A stretch of DNA of 64,000 nucleotides from Candidatus Enterousia sp. Lineage in GTDB: Bacteria; Pseudomonadota; Alphaproteobacteria; Rs-D84. The notes below the pieces were generated by a model. That model did not search any database, had not been told where the DNA came from, and saw only the letters and a program-made list of their open reading frames with translations. The translations under genes were made by a program, and so were the position numbers. The DNA is taken from assembly GCA_045637165.1 (NCBI GenBank), contig JAZTYU010000008.1:12524-76523 (forward strand). The letters run 5' to 3'. This document shows, piece by piece, positions 46,592-56,635 of the stretch. The first letter of the stretch is position 1. Every line of letters begins with the position of its first letter.

Positions 46592-47152
46592 ATGAACAAT
46601 AAAGTCAAATTTGAACAGTATGCAGCACTGCTGCAAGAATGGTCTGGGCGGATGAATCTTGTCGCCCCCAGCACGTTAAATGATATTGAAAACCGTCACA
46701 TCGCAGATTCTGCCCAGTTGGCGGACGTTTTGCCATCTGATGTTGATATAATTGATTTGGGCAGTGGGGCTGGTTTTCCTGGGGTTGTCTTGGCAATTTT
46801 GGGCTGGCGTGTTGTGTGTGTTGAATCGATTGGCAAAAAAGTAGCGTTTTTGTCGGCTGTAAAGGATGCGTTGGGGTTGGATAATTTAACAATTTATCAC
46901 GGTCGTGTCGAAGAATATGTCCGGCATTTACCGGCAAAAAAGGATAATATTGTATTCACGGCACGTGCATTTGCGTCGCTAACAAAAATAATGGATTATG
47001 TTGCACACACAAAATGCCGGCTTTTTTTATTAAAAGGTCGTGAAATTGCCGGGGAGATATCTGCCGCCCAGCAACATTATAAATTTAATTATGATTTAAC
47101 ACCGTCTAAAACTGGTGATGGATTTATAATTTCTGTTCGTTTTGACCGGTAA
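46592..47152 (+). CDS. rsmG: 16S rRNA (guanine527-N7)-methyltransferase RsmG (GidB)
   Basis: Start at the internal ATG (MNNKVKFEQYAALL...). DLGSGAGFPG SAM motif. Upstream of parAB. Confidence 0.8.
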   Translation: MNNKVKFEQYAALLQEWSGRMNLVAPSTLNDIENRHIADSAQLADVLPSDVDIIDLGSGAGFPGVVLAILGWRVVCVESIGKKVAFLSAVKDALGLDNLTIYHGRVEEYVRHLPAKKDNIVFTARAFASLTKIMDYVAHTKCRLFLLKGREIAGEISAAQQHYKFNYDLTPSKTGDGFIISVRFDR

Positions 47153-47166
47153 TTTCATGTGAAACA
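47151..47166. promoter_or_regulatory. parS-like site 1 (degenerate)
   Basis: AATTTCATGTGAAACA versus consensus TGTTTCACGTGAAACA. The right half is perfect and the left half has 3 mismatches. Confidence 0.35.
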
Positions 47167-47210
47167 CCAGTTAAATTGTTGAAAAAAGAACAATGTTTCA
47201 AAATAATGTA

Positions 47211-47238
47211 AAAAAAGCCGGCAAAAGCCGGTGTTTTT
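47211..47238 (+). terminator. Terminator (CCGG-core family) after rsmG
   Basis: A6-GCCGGC-AAAA-GCCGGT-GTTTTT. Confidence 0.6.
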
Positions 47239-47268
47239 AATGTTAAAATTGTTGATAAAAATACATTT

Positions 47269-47284
47269 TATTTCATGTGAAATA
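47269..47284. promoter_or_regulatory. parS-like site 2 (degenerate)
   Basis: TATTTCATGTGAAATA, a 12-nt core TTTCATGTGAAA shared with site 1. Confidence 0.3.
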
Positions 47285-47392
47285 AAAAATAACGGTATGA
47301 TTTTAGGGTGTTTTTCATAAAATTTAATAAAGTCTTGACCGAATCGACCTGTTTTTATAAGGTAAAAGTCGAAAGGATAGGGATATTTTTAT

Positions 47393-48178
47393 ATGGTAAA
47401 AGTAATTGCATTTGCAAATCAAAAGGGCGGTGTAGGCAAAACTACGACCGCAATAAACATTGGTGCGTCATTGGCAGCGATTAAACGACGTGTGTTATTG
47501 ATTGACCTTGATCCCCAGGGTAATGCCGGTACGGGATTGGGGTTTGTCCGTGCAGACCATCGTCAAAGTGCTTATGGCGTTATAATGGGGACAGCAAACA
47601 TTGCGGATAATATCTTGTCAACTGCTGTGCCAGGGTTGCATTTGTTGCCATCGTCCCAGGCGTTGGCTGGTCTGGAAATTGATTTGTTAGGTATGGAAAA
47701 TCCAGAATTTCGCTTGCGTGATGCATTAAATACAATCGCAGAACATTATGATTATATTTTGTTGGATTGTCCACCAGCGTTGGGGTATTTGACGGTAAAT
47801 GCGTTGACTGCTGCGAATTCTGTTATAATACCATTGCAGTGTGAATTTTATGCTCTCGAAGGGTTGACTCAACTAACAGATACGATTGCGGCTGTTCGTG
47901 AAAAATGGAATCCAGAATTGGATATTTTGGGTGTTTTGTTGACAATGTATTCTAAACAATATGGTTTAACAAAGGCTGTTGATGACGATGTTCGCCAGGC
48001 ATTTGGCGATACAGTGTTTAAGACTGTTGTTCCACGAAATGTCCGTGTGTCAGAGGCACCCAGCCACGGCAAGCCAGCATTATTTTATGATTTCAAATCA
48101 CCGGGGGCCCAGGCATATCTGCGTGTTGCAACCGAAGTAATTCAAAAAACCGAAGGAATTGAATATGTCAACGAATAA
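47393..48178 (+). CDS. parA: Chromosome partitioning ATPase ParA
   Basis: Deviant Walker A NQKGGVGKTT. Confidence 0.9.
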   Translation: MVKVIAFANQKGGVGKTTTAINIGASLAAIKRRVLLIDLDPQGNAGTGLGFVRADHRQSAYGVIMGTANIADNILSTAVPGLHLLPSSQALAGLEIDLLGMENPEFRLRDALNTIAEHYDYILLDCPPALGYLTVNALTAANSVIIPLQCEFYALEGLTQLTDTIAAVREKWNPELDILGVLLTMYSKQYGLTKAVDDDVRQAFGDTVFKTVVPRNVRVSEAPSHGKPALFYDFKSPGAQAYLRVATEVIQKTEGIEYVNE

Positions 48179-49046
48179 ATTTGGATTGGGGCGTGGTTTG
48201 GCTGACCTGCAACTGGCCAAGGGGGCAATACCTGATATTTCTATTTTGGCCGGCACAGAGCGTGTAATTGTAAAGCAGATTCCATTGGCACAAATTGGGG
48301 CAAATCCTGACCAGCCACGCAAAACCTTCACTGAATCTGAATTGGCAGAACTGGCTGCATCTATTCGTGAAAAGGGTATTTTGCAACCGATTTTATTACG
48401 CACGGTTTCTGGTCGTCCATATATGTATGAAATTGTCGCAGGCGAGCGTCGTTTTCGTGCATCTAAATTGGCAGGATTATCTGAAATCCCAGCATTGGTA
48501 AAAACGATTGAAGATAACAATGCGATGGAAATTGCGTTGATTGAAAATGTTCAGCGTGAAAACCTGAATCCAATCGAAGAATCAAATGCATATAAAAACC
48601 TGATGGAATGTTGTGATTATGAACTGGACGATGTTGCACGTCTTATTGGTAAATCGGCCAGTTATATTCGTAATATGTTGCGTTTGACAGCGTTGCCTGA
48701 ATCTGTTCAGGAAATGGTCGGTCGTGGCGAATTGTCTGCATCACACGCACGCACGATTGCGACAGCTGAAAATCCCGAAGAATTGGCACACAAGATTATT
48801 TCGGAAAAATTATCAGTTGCCGCCACAGACCAGGTTGTAAAATCTGCACCACGTGCAAAGACAGCTCGTACACATACGTCAAACACAATCGATGCCGCAA
48901 CAGTCCAGGACATAGAATCACGGATAAAACGTGCGTTGGGTGTTTCTGTAAAATTGACCGAGCGTCGTGGTGGGGCAGGGCAGATTGTATTATCTTTCGT
49001 CAGTCGTCCACAGTTGACGGAACTTGTTGAAAAACTGACCAGGTAA
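48165..49046 (+). CDS. parB: Chromosome partitioning protein ParB
   Basis: Start ATG at 48165 (MSTNKFGLGRGL). GERRFRA motif and an HTH region. Confidence 0.9.
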   Translation: MSTNKFGLGRGLADLQLAKGAIPDISILAGTERVIVKQIPLAQIGANPDQPRKTFTESELAELAASIREKGILQPILLRTVSGRPYMYEIVAGERRFRASKLAGLSEIPALVKTIEDNNAMEIALIENVQRENLNPIEESNAYKNLMECCDYELDDVARLIGKSASYIRNMLRLTALPESVQEMVGRGELSASHARTIATAENPEELAHKIISEKLSVAATDQVVKSAPRAKTARTHTSNTIDAATVQDIESRIKRALGVSVKLTERRGGAGQIVLSFVSRPQLTELVEKLTR

Positions 49047-49052
49047 AAAGTT

Positions 49053-49082
49053 AAAAAAAGCCGGTAAAAGCCGGCTTTTTTT
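49053..49082 (+). terminator. Terminator (CCGG-core family) after parB
   Basis: A7-GCCGG-TAAAAG-CCGGC-T7. Confidence 0.65.
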
Positions 49083-49114
49083 AGTTGGTTGTGTTTGTAT
49101 AATAAAATTGTTGA

Positions 49115-49145
49115 TAAATTACCGGCTTTTGCCGGTCTTTTTGTG
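49115..49145 (+). terminator. Second CCGG-core hairpin 40 nt downstream (tandem terminator or orphan copy)
   Basis: ACCGGC-TTTT-GCCGGT (49121-36) followed by CTTTTTG. Confidence 0.4.
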
Positions 49146-49297
49146 TGTTTTTATAAATTGTTTATGTGTGGATTATATTTGTTGTCAGAAAAAACATTGA
49201 TATAAAAATCAAAAATATACAGCAAAAAACCGGGATTTTAATTGAAAACCCAGAAATATTTTTGTATCTTTACACAGCAAACCCAAAGGGGAAATAA

Positions 49298-49492
49298 ATG
49301 GACGACAAAAAATTATCATTCGAAGAAGCGTATAAACAACTAACCGAACTGGTGAAAAAGATGGAATCAGGCGAATTACCACTGGCTGATTCTGTTGCCG
49401 CCTATGAACAGGGCATAAAGTTAAAGGCATATTGTGAACAGTTGTTAAAAGAAGCCGAATTAAAAATCGAAACATTAAAAGTCAGTGCATAA
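49298..49492 (+). CDS. xseB: Exodeoxyribonuclease VII small subunit
   Basis: LSFEEAYKQLTELVKKMESGELPLADSVAAYEQGIKLKAYCEQLL matches the XseB pattern. Confidence 0.75.
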   Translation: MDDKKLSFEEAYKQLTELVKKMESGELPLADSVAAYEQGIKLKAYCEQLLKEAELKIETLKVSA

Positions 49493-49517
49493 AAATATTT
49501 AATCAAACGGATTTATT

Positions 49518-52049
49518 GTGGCGGAAAAAAGCAAACTTACCCCAGTTATGCAGCAATATGTGGATATGAAGTCTGAAAATCCAGATGCCTTGCTGATGTT
49601 TCGTTTGGGGGATTTTTATGAATCGTTTTTTGAAGATGCACGCATTATCAGTTCTGCGTTAGGTCTGGTTTTAACGGCCCGTGGCACAGATGCAGACGGT
49701 CAAGAGATTCCAATGTGTGGAATCCCGTGGCATGCAGCAGACAATTATTTTGGTCGTCTGGTCAGGGCAGGGCACAAGGTTGCATTGGTTGAACAGATGG
49801 AAACACCTGCCCAGGCCAAGGCCCGTGGACATAAGTTTATTGAACGCAATATTGTTCGGGTTTTAACGCCTGGAACATTGACTGATGAAAATTTGCTAAC
49901 GCCAAAGAATTCGAATTTCTTGGTTGCGATATCGCCACTGTCTGGCGGAAAATATGACGTTGCAGGTTGTGATATATCGACGGGTGAATTTTTTGTTGGT
50001 CAAACATCTGATGCTGTTGATGATTTGGTGCGTATTTCCCCGGCCGAAGTTATATTTCCATTTAGCACCGCCGAAGAAAAAACAATTATGAAACTGCGTG
50101 AATTGTTCAAATCCACGCCTGTATATGAAAAATTATATCATCGCACAGACATTGACCAGGTTGTTCACCGTGTTTTTGGTGGTGTTGTTGATGGTGCGTC
50201 GGTTTTGCAAAATTCTGACAGTGCGATATGCCTGTTGGCAGGATATTTGTTTAATACCCAGCGTGGTGCATCGATAACATTTCGCACACCTTATACATTC
50301 AAATCAGGTCGTCAGTTATTGATTGATTCTGCCACGTGGCGAAGTCTTGAAATAGACGCCCCTATAAACGATGGTGGTGTGTGCTTGATTGATGTTCTGG
50401 ACCAGACGCACACAGCAGCTGGTGCACGAAAATTGCGTTCTTATTTGCGAAATTTATCGGGCGACATTGACTTGATTTTATTGCGTCAGTCTCATATATC
50501 GCATTTTGTTCTAAATCCTGATGTTGGCAGCCTGGTGGCCAGTGTTTTGACGTCTATCCCAGACGTTGGTCGTTCATTATCACGACTGTTATCAGGCCGT
50601 GGAACACCACGTGATATGCGAAATGTTTCTGATTTTATAAACGCATTACCACGTGCACAGTTGTTGTCTGATCGTCTTGATTTTGATTTTGCGAAACGCT
50701 TTGCTGAAATAAACACACACAGTGAATTTGGTATGCAGTTATCACGTGCCTTGTCAGACGATTTGCCGACATTTTTCCGTGATGGTGGTGTTATTCGTGA
50801 TGGTTTTGATTTATCACTGGATAATATGCGTTCATTGTCAAATGGGGCCCGTGAAACGATTGCCTCACTTCAGGCAGAATATGTATCAGCAACGGGTATA
50901 AACACGCTAAAAATCAAATATAACAATATTCTGGGTTATTTTATCGAAGTGCCAGCGGCACGTGCAGACGTATTGCTTGCCCATGAATCTGGCTTTATTC
51001 ATCGTCAGACAATGTCAGGCAACATGCGATTTACGACATCACGCCTGATTGAACTGGATAATGATATTCGCAGTGCTGCGGAAAAGGCATCCGCCATAGA
51101 AGCAGAAATCGTAAATCAGTTTATTGAACAAATCAGAACAATATCTGATGACTTGCTGGCATCGGCTGATTTGCTGGCGGATGCGGATGTATGGCTGTCG
51201 TTGGCAAATGTTGCTCAGTTATATTCTTGGGTTCGTCCAACGATAACAGACGACCGTGCGTTTGACATTGTTGGTGGTCGTCACCCAGTGATAGAGTCTG
51301 TACTACGTCGCAACAGTGAAAACTTTGTAAAAAATGATTGCAATCTAAATGGTCAATGTATTGCCCTGCTAACAGGGCCGAATATGGCTGGTAAATCGAC
51401 TTTTTTACGTCAAAATGCAATTATTGTTGTTTTGGCACATCTGGGGTCTTTTGTTCCTGCAACAAGTGCCACAATTGGTATTTGCGACCAGTTATTCAGT
51501 CGTGTTGGTGCATCTGACAACCTGGCAGCAGGTCAATCAACATTTATGGTTGAAATGGCAGAGACGGCGAATATTTTAAATCGTGCCACAAATCGTTCGT
51601 TTATTATCTTTGATGAAATTGGTCGTGGCACGGCGACATATGACGGTATGGCGATTGCCCAGGCGGTATTGGAATATCTGGATGGCTTGCAGCCACGCAC
51701 ATTGTTTGCGACGCATTATCACGAATTGACATCGCTTGTCCTAAATGGCGGATTGAATCATGTATTGACATTGACGATTGACGTGCGTGAGCATAATAAT
51801 GAAATCATATTCATGCACAAGATTGTTCCTGGTGTTGCCAGTCGTTCATATGGTATTCATGTTGCAAGAATGGCAGGAATGCCCCAGTCTGTTGTATCAC
51901 GTGCAGAAACAGTTTTATCTGCGCTGGAATCAAGCGAAACGGTTGCACCGGCACAACCACTGCCAACGGCACCAAAATCAACGTCTGTGCCCAAGAAAAT
52001 GCGTGTTTCTGACGAATTGCCGCCCCCACAACTAAGTCTGTTTGGATAA
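49518..52049 (+). CDS. mutS: DNA mismatch repair protein MutS
   Basis: GTG start. TPVMQQY N-terminus and GPNMAGKSTFLRQ Walker A; 843 aa. Confidence 0.95.
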   Translation: MAEKSKLTPVMQQYVDMKSENPDALLMFRLGDFYESFFEDARIISSALGLVLTARGTDADGQEIPMCGIPWHAADNYFGRLVRAGHKVALVEQMETPAQAKARGHKFIERNIVRVLTPGTLTDENLLTPKNSNFLVAISPLSGGKYDVAGCDISTGEFFVGQTSDAVDDLVRISPAEVIFPFSTAEEKTIMKLRELFKSTPVYEKLYHRTDIDQVVHRVFGGVVDGASVLQNSDSAICLLAGYLFNTQRGASITFRTPYTFKSGRQLLIDSATWRSLEIDAPINDGGVCLIDVLDQTHTAAGARKLRSYLRNLSGDIDLILLRQSHISHFVLNPDVGSLVASVLTSIPDVGRSLSRLLSGRGTPRDMRNVSDFINALPRAQLLSDRLDFDFAKRFAEINTHSEFGMQLSRALSDDLPTFFRDGGVIRDGFDLSLDNMRSLSNGARETIASLQAEYVSATGINTLKIKYNNILGYFIEVPAARADVLLAHESGFIHRQTMSGNMRFTTSRLIELDNDIRSAAEKASAIEAEIVNQFIEQIRTISDDLLASADLLADADVWLSLANVAQLYSWVRPTITDDRAFDIVGGRHPVIESVLRRNSENFVKNDCNLNGQCIALLTGPNMAGKSTFLRQNAIIVVLAHLGSFVPATSATIGICDQLFSRVGASDNLAAGQSTFMVEMAETANILNRATNRSFIIFDEIGRGTATYDGMAIAQAVLEYLDGLQPRTLFATHYHELTSLVLNGGLNHVLTLTIDVREHNNEIIFMHKIVPGVASRSYGIHVARMAGMPQSVVSRAETVLSALESSETVAPAQPLPTAPKSTSVPKKMRVSDELPPPQLSLFG

Positions 52050-52062
52050 AGGTATAAAAACA

Positions 52063-52935
52063 ATGAAATCAGGCTGGATAATCTTGGACAAAGACAGTGG
52101 TTTATTTTCTCGCACAGCGGGTGGTCGCATTGCCCGAATGTTGGGGACCAAAAAATATGGTCATATTGGGACATTGGACCCAATGGCCACAGGTATTTTA
52201 CCGATTGCGATTGGCGATGCAACCAAGATGATACCGTTTGTCGAAGAAATAAATCCATCTGTCAAAGAATATATATTTTCAATGCAATTTGGCTTTGAAA
52301 CAGATACATTGGACATAACAGGCACAGAAACCAAGCGTGATAACAAAATTCCGGCCCAGGAAACAGTTATATCTGTTTTGCCAAAGCTTATTGGTCAAAT
52401 AAATCAAGTTCCACCAATTTATTCTGCGGTGCACGTTGACGGTTCTCGGGCCTATATCGCTGCCCGTCAGGGCAGGGCATTGGACATTCCTGCCCGTCCT
52501 GTTCAGATATATGAACTGGAATTTATCGGTTTGGATGGCAATTCTTGGTGTTTTAGGACCCGTTGCAGCCGTGGGACATATGTTCGTTCCCTAGGGCGTG
52601 ATATTGCCAATTTATGTGGTTGTATTGCGACCGTGGACAGTATTCGCCGCACACACAGCAATGGATTTGATGTAAAAAACGCTGTCCGACTTGATTTTTT
52701 GGAAAAAGTATTTAATAATAGTGGAAATTTAGGCGAAAACCTAAAACCGATAGATTTTGGACTGGGGGACATTCCGGTTCTGAATCTGTCTGACAAAGAC
52801 GCAAATTTCTATCGAAATGGTGGTTTTGTCGAAACTGGGGCAGGGGACGGTTTGTTCCGCATTTATACGGGTGATTTATTCATTGGTATTGGTGTGGTTT
52901 CTGGTGGTCAACTGCGACCAAAACGAACAATTTAA
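52063..52935 (+). CDS. truB: tRNA pseudouridine(55) synthase
   Basis: Start at the internal ATG ([10 protein letters not shown]). [15 protein letters not shown] catalytic motif. Confidence 0.85.
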   Translation: MKSGWIILDKDSGLFSRTAGGRIARMLGTKKYGHIGTLDPMATGILPIAIGDATKMIPFVEEINPSVKEYIFSMQFGFETDTLDITGTETKRDNKIPAQETVISVLPKLIGQINQVPPIYSAVHVDGSRAYIAARQGRALDIPARPVQIYELEFIGLDGNSWCFRTRCSRGTYVRSLGRDIANLCGCIATVDSIRRTHSNGFDVKNAVRLDFLEKVFNNSGNLGENLKPIDFGLGDIPVLNLSDKDANFYRNGGFVETGAGDGLFRIYTGDLFIGIGVVSGGQLRPKRTI

Positions 52936-52955
52936 TAAAAATAAAAGGAAAAATA

Positions 52956-53228
52956 ATGTCCATTACAAAGGCAAAAAAATCTGAATTGATTCAGGAATAC
53001 AAAATTTCTGAAAACGACAATGGTGGTTCAGTTGAATCCCAGGTTGCTGTTTTGACAGAACGCATTCGCAACTTGACAGAACATATGAAGGCTAACCACA
53101 AAGACAATCACTCAAAACGTGGTTTGTTGTTGATGGTAAACCGTCGTAAAAAGTTGCTGGCTTATATCAAGAAACGTAATCCATCTGATTACGAAGCCTT
53201 GATTAAAAAGTTAGGCCTGCGTAAATAA
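52956..53228 (+). CDS. rpsO: 30S ribosomal protein S15
   Basis: 90 aa. ...[35 protein letters not shown]... matches uS15. Confidence 0.95.
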   Translation: MSITKAKKSELIQEYKISENDNGGSVESQVAVLTERIRNLTEHMKANHKDNHSKRGLLLMVNRRKKLLAYIKKRNPSDYEALIKKLGLRK

Positions 53229-53256
53229 TAAATCCCCCGATTGGGGGATTTTTTCT
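53229..53256 (+). terminator. Terminator after rpsO (ATCCCC...GGGGAT family)
   Basis: AATCCCCC-GATT-GGGGGATT followed by TTTT. Confidence 0.65.
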
Positions 53257-53280
53257 TGCACTGATAAAGTCCTGTTTGCA

Positions 53281-53310
53281 AAAAAAATCGCCCAACCAGG
53301 CGACTTTTTT
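53281..53310 (-). terminator. Terminator after the skp-like gene
   Basis: TCGCC-N6-GGCGA hairpin flanked by A7 (plus strand) and T6. Confidence 0.55.
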
Positions 53311-53318
53311 GTTTGTAT

Positions 53319-53987
53319 TTAGAAACCTTTTGGTGTTTCCATTTTTATCTTGGAAATCTTTTTATCTAGTGCTGCAACAACTTCCTTGGTGATATCCAAG
53401 TTTTCTGTATTTGCACCTGTGCGTGCCATACGACCATCGATTACCAAAGACAAATTCTTTTTATCGATAATACCTTCGATAACAGGGTCCAAGTGCTTGC
53501 TTTGAATTTCGCTCAATGCCTTTTGATAAGAGGTTTCGATGCTTTGTGCACGTTCTGTCAAATCACGTTGCAACTTTGTGACCTTGTTTTGATAGTCAAC
53601 AACACGGCGTTGCAATGCTTCACGAGATAGAACATCCTGAGATTTTTCGATTTCTTCTTTTTCTTTTTCCAAATCTTTCTGCTGTTTGGTCAATTCATCA
53701 CGCAGTTTATTTTCATATTTTTCTTTTTGTTCACGCAAATCTTTTAATGCAACTGCATTTGATTGGATTTCGTCCATACGAACGACTGCGATGCGCAAGT
53801 TTGCACCATTTGTTGCATCTTCGGAAACAACTGTCATTGCGTCTGCAACAGATGCACCAGTGTTGTTATTGTTCAATGCAGAAACAGCCCATGCACCCAA
53901 AACAGCGACTGCAACAACAGCTGCTGCAACAATACCTGTTTTTTTATAGTTTTTTACGACTTGGTTATCTGATGATTTATTTGCCAT
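53319..53987 (-). CDS. OmpH/Skp-family periplasmic chaperone-like protein
   Basis: N-terminal hydrophobic anchor (GIVAAAVVAVAVLGAWA). Long coiled coil rich in K/E/Q. The start choice (ATG at 53987) is uncertain. Confidence 0.55.
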   Translation of the reverse strand: MANKSSDNQVVKNYKKTGIVAAAVVAVAVLGAWAVSALNNNNTGASVADAMTVVSEDATNGANLRIAVVRMDEIQSNAVALKDLREQKEKYENKLRDELTKQQKDLEKEKEEIEKSQDVLSREALQRRVVDYQNKVTKLQRDLTERAQSIETSYQKALSEIQSKHLDPVIEGIIDKKNLSLVIDGRMARTGANTENLDITKEVVAALDKKISKIKMETPKGF

Positions 53988-54073
53988 TTTTTCCATCCTT
54001 TTGCTTGTTATGGCAATCACTATACCAATAAAAAGTTGAAAGTAAAACAGAAAGTTATCCCGAAAATAGTCAT

Positions 54074-54100
54074 AAAAAAATCCCCCGAACGGGGGGGGAT
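54074..54100 (-). terminator. Terminator after the TPR gene (ATCCCC...GGGGAT family)
   Basis: ATCCCCC-N7-GGGGGAT hairpin. A7 on the plus strand gives a T-run on the minus strand. Confidence 0.5.
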
Positions 54101-54118
54101 TTGCATTGTTTATACCGT

Positions 54119-55195
54119 TTATTCCGCCTGGACAGGTGTATCAGTCAAAGAAGGAATAACAATTTCTTCCTCGGCGACTACTTCTGTTGTTTGTTCTGCC
54201 GGCTGATTTAATTCATTGATTAAACCTTGTAATCTGGCCATTGTTTCAGAATCGTTCAATGCAACTGCGATTGTGTATGAAGATTCCAAATCAATACGTG
54301 CAGCATCAACATTGCCCATGTTCAAATTCAAGGCTGCTGATTTTTCAAAATAGTTCATTGCATTGCTGGACAGAGATTCACGTTCATCCATTGTTGGTGC
54401 CCCTTGAATCTGTTCTGAAATTACACGCACAGCTGAAGAATAGTCGTTGATAGCGTCGGCATAATTACCTAATGCAGTGTATGCCTCTGCTCGTTCAGCG
54501 TAAACATTTGGGTTGACAGAGCCTTCTGGTCTTGCCAAAGAATTTGTATAGTCTGCGATTGCACCTTCCCAGTTTTTCAACCACAGGTTCAACTGACCAC
54601 GTTTTGCATACAAATCACGCATTTGCAAAACTGCTGTTGGGTTTGAAGTATTTGCAGCCAATGCATTATTGATATCGTTCATTGCCGCACTATAATCTTC
54701 CAAGCGAGTATTTAACAAAGCACGGTCATAGTATGCAACCGCATTCGCAGGGTCTTTTGTCAATGCCGCATCAAAGTCAATCATAGCATTACGGTAGTCG
54801 CCTGACTGCATATATGCTTCCCCACGCAAGATGTATGTATCTACAGTTGCGGCTCCTGCGTCAATAGCGGCAGTCAAATCGACAATAGCGGCATCTAATT
54901 CGCCAGCCAGCAATTTTGTTTTACCGCTTTCATAGAAATCAGCAGACTGCATCAAAGCTTCTTCTGTAATTTCCATTTTTGCAACTGATGGAACATCTGT
55001 GTGTGAACGACCCAAGATATAAAAAGTCGCAGCGATAAAGAACAAAATAATGAACCAATATACATAGATTGAAATCGACCAAGGGCTAAAACAAGTTTTT
55101 GTTTTTTCCTGTTTGATTGTAGGTTTAGACGCTACAGGACGCACTTTTGCGGTGTTTTTCTTGACTGGATATTTTTTTGCAGGTGTTTTTTTCAT
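54119..55195 (-). CDS. TPR-repeat protein with N-terminal membrane anchor
   Basis: Basic N-terminus, one TM segment (ISIYVYWFIILFFIAATFYIL), then repeated A..Y..G.Y..A..D...AL TPR units. Confidence 0.6.
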   Translation of the reverse strand: MKKTPAKKYPVKKNTAKVRPVASKPTIKQEKTKTCFSPWSISIYVYWFIILFFIAATFYILGRSHTDVPSVAKMEITEEALMQSADFYESGKTKLLAGELDAAIVDLTAAIDAGAATVDTYILRGEAYMQSGDYRNAMIDFDAALTKDPANAVAYYDRALLNTRLEDYSAAMNDINNALAANTSNPTAVLQMRDLYAKRGQLNLWLKNWEGAIADYTNSLARPEGSVNPNVYAERAEAYTALGNYADAINDYSSAVRVISEQIQGAPTMDERESLSSNAMNYFEKSAALNLNMGNVDAARIDLESSYTIAVALNDSETMARLQGLINELNQPAEQTTEVVAEEEIVIPSLTDTPVQAE

Positions 55196-55223
55196 ATAAA
55201 TCTCCCTTCCTTTTGATAGAATA

Positions 55224-55922
55224 TTAGAGAGATTTTAACATTTCGTCAATTGTTTTCTGTGATAATTTTTTAATTTTTCCCACGGGCAGTTTTCCCAATG
55301 AAATATTTCCGTATGAAATCCTGTGCAGTTTGCGAACACCACACCCACATGCACGCAGAACAATTCGCACCTCGTTCTTTTTACCTTCACTGATTATTAT
55401 GCGTAAATTATTGCCACCAATTTCATCAATTTTCATTGGTGCATATCTGATTCCGTCGATTGTGATACCGTTTCGTGCATTATCCAGTTTTGAAAAATCA
55501 CGACTGTTTACAGTTGCGATATATGTTCGTTCAATCCCAGATGACGGCAGTGTCAGTTTTCGTGCCAAATCCCCATCGTTGGTCAGCAATAATAATCCTG
55601 TTGTTTTGTAATCCAATCGTCCAACGTATTTTAGGTTTTTGTATTCATCGCCCAAAACATCATAGATTGTTTTACGACCATTTGGGTCTCGCACGGTTGT
55701 CATGGTGTTCAATGGTTTATGAAATGCGAATAATTGAATTTCCGATTTTGGTGCAATGGCGACACCATCAATTTTTACGACATCGTTCTCTTCAACAAAA
55801 AATACAGGTGTTGTGATAACAGCATCATTCACAGACACCCGAGCTTCTGTAATCAGTGCCTCGGCGGCCCTACGTGATGCCACCCCAGAATCTGCGATAA
55901 ATTTTGCGATACGAACACTCAT
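55224..55922 (-). CDS. RsuA/RluB-family rRNA pseudouridine synthase with S4 domain
   Basis: RIAKFIADSGVASRR S4 motif and the GRLDYKTTGLLLLTNDG catalytic motif. Confidence 0.8.
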   Translation of the reverse strand: MSVRIAKFIADSGVASRRAAEALITEARVSVNDAVITTPVFFVEENDVVKIDGVAIAPKSEIQLFAFHKPLNTMTTVRDPNGRKTIYDVLGDEYKNLKYVGRLDYKTTGLLLLTNDGDLARKLTLPSSGIERTYIATVNSRDFSKLDNARNGITIDGIRYAPMKIDEIGGNNLRIIISEGKKNEVRIVLRACGCGVRKLHRISYGNISLGKLPVGKIKKLSQKTIDEMLKSL

Positions 55923-55923
55923 A

Positions 55924-56580
55924 TTATTCTGTTATTTTTGCGATTGCGACCACTGCGGCAACTTCTGCACGCAGAATAGTTTTTCCTAATGATATTCCGA
56001 TGGCCCCTGCATTGTCCAGTTGACTAAATTCATTGTCTGAAAATCCACCTTCTGGCCCAACCAAGATTGATTTTGCGTTTTTTATATTTGTTTTTAATTC
56101 CTTGCCGTATGCGGCCCGTTCGTCTGCAAACACAACCTTGCTCAGGTCTAAATCACTAAATTTAATTGGTTGCATAATTTTTGGAACGCTGTTTCGATTA
56201 GATTGTTCTGCGGCCTCTATCACAATTTTTTGCATACGTTCCCAGTTGATATGATGTGCGGTTGTTCGTTCGCAAATCACGGGTTGCAGTATTTTTACCC
56301 CCATTTGGGTTGCCATATTTAATAAATCATCTGTCCGTTTTATTGGTGCAAACATCAGTGTTAAATTGCCAGACGGGTCATCGTGCTGTGTTTTATTCCC
56401 GATAATCAAGTTTTTATCATCATCTGACAATACAGCCATATATTCATTTCCGTTCCCAAACGTCAGACATTGATTTGTTCGCATAACCCGTCGCAAATAA
56501 TGTGCAGTTTCACGCCCTGTGGGGATAATGTCGCCCACTGATATGTTTTCGCCAACAAAGATTCTTGGAATATTTTTCAT
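55924..56580 (-). CDS. rsmE: 16S rRNA (uracil1498-N3)-methyltransferase RsmE
   Basis: RIFV... N-terminus with HYLRRVMR and a GPEGGFS C-terminal motif. Confidence 0.8.
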   Translation of the reverse strand: MKNIPRIFVGENISVGDIIPTGRETAHYLRRVMRTNQCLTFGNGNEYMAVLSDDDKNLIIGNKTQHDDPSGNLTLMFAPIKRTDDLLNMATQMGVKILQPVICERTTAHHINWERMQKIVIEAAEQSNRNSVPKIMQPIKFSDLDLSKVVFADERAAYGKELKTNIKNAKSILVGPEGGFSDNEFSQLDNAGAIGISLGKTILRAEVAAVVAIAKITE

Positions 56581-56635
56581 ATTTTTATAATTCCTGATTT
56601 ATAAAAACTTAAAATTCTGATATAATCATAACACT

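Noticed and set aside
49140-49297. Possible DnaA boxes or oriC near parAB (TGTGGATTA at about 49167)
   Set aside because: There is only a single one-mismatch box and no cluster of boxes or AT-rich 13-mers. Proximity of parAB alone is not evidence for an origin.
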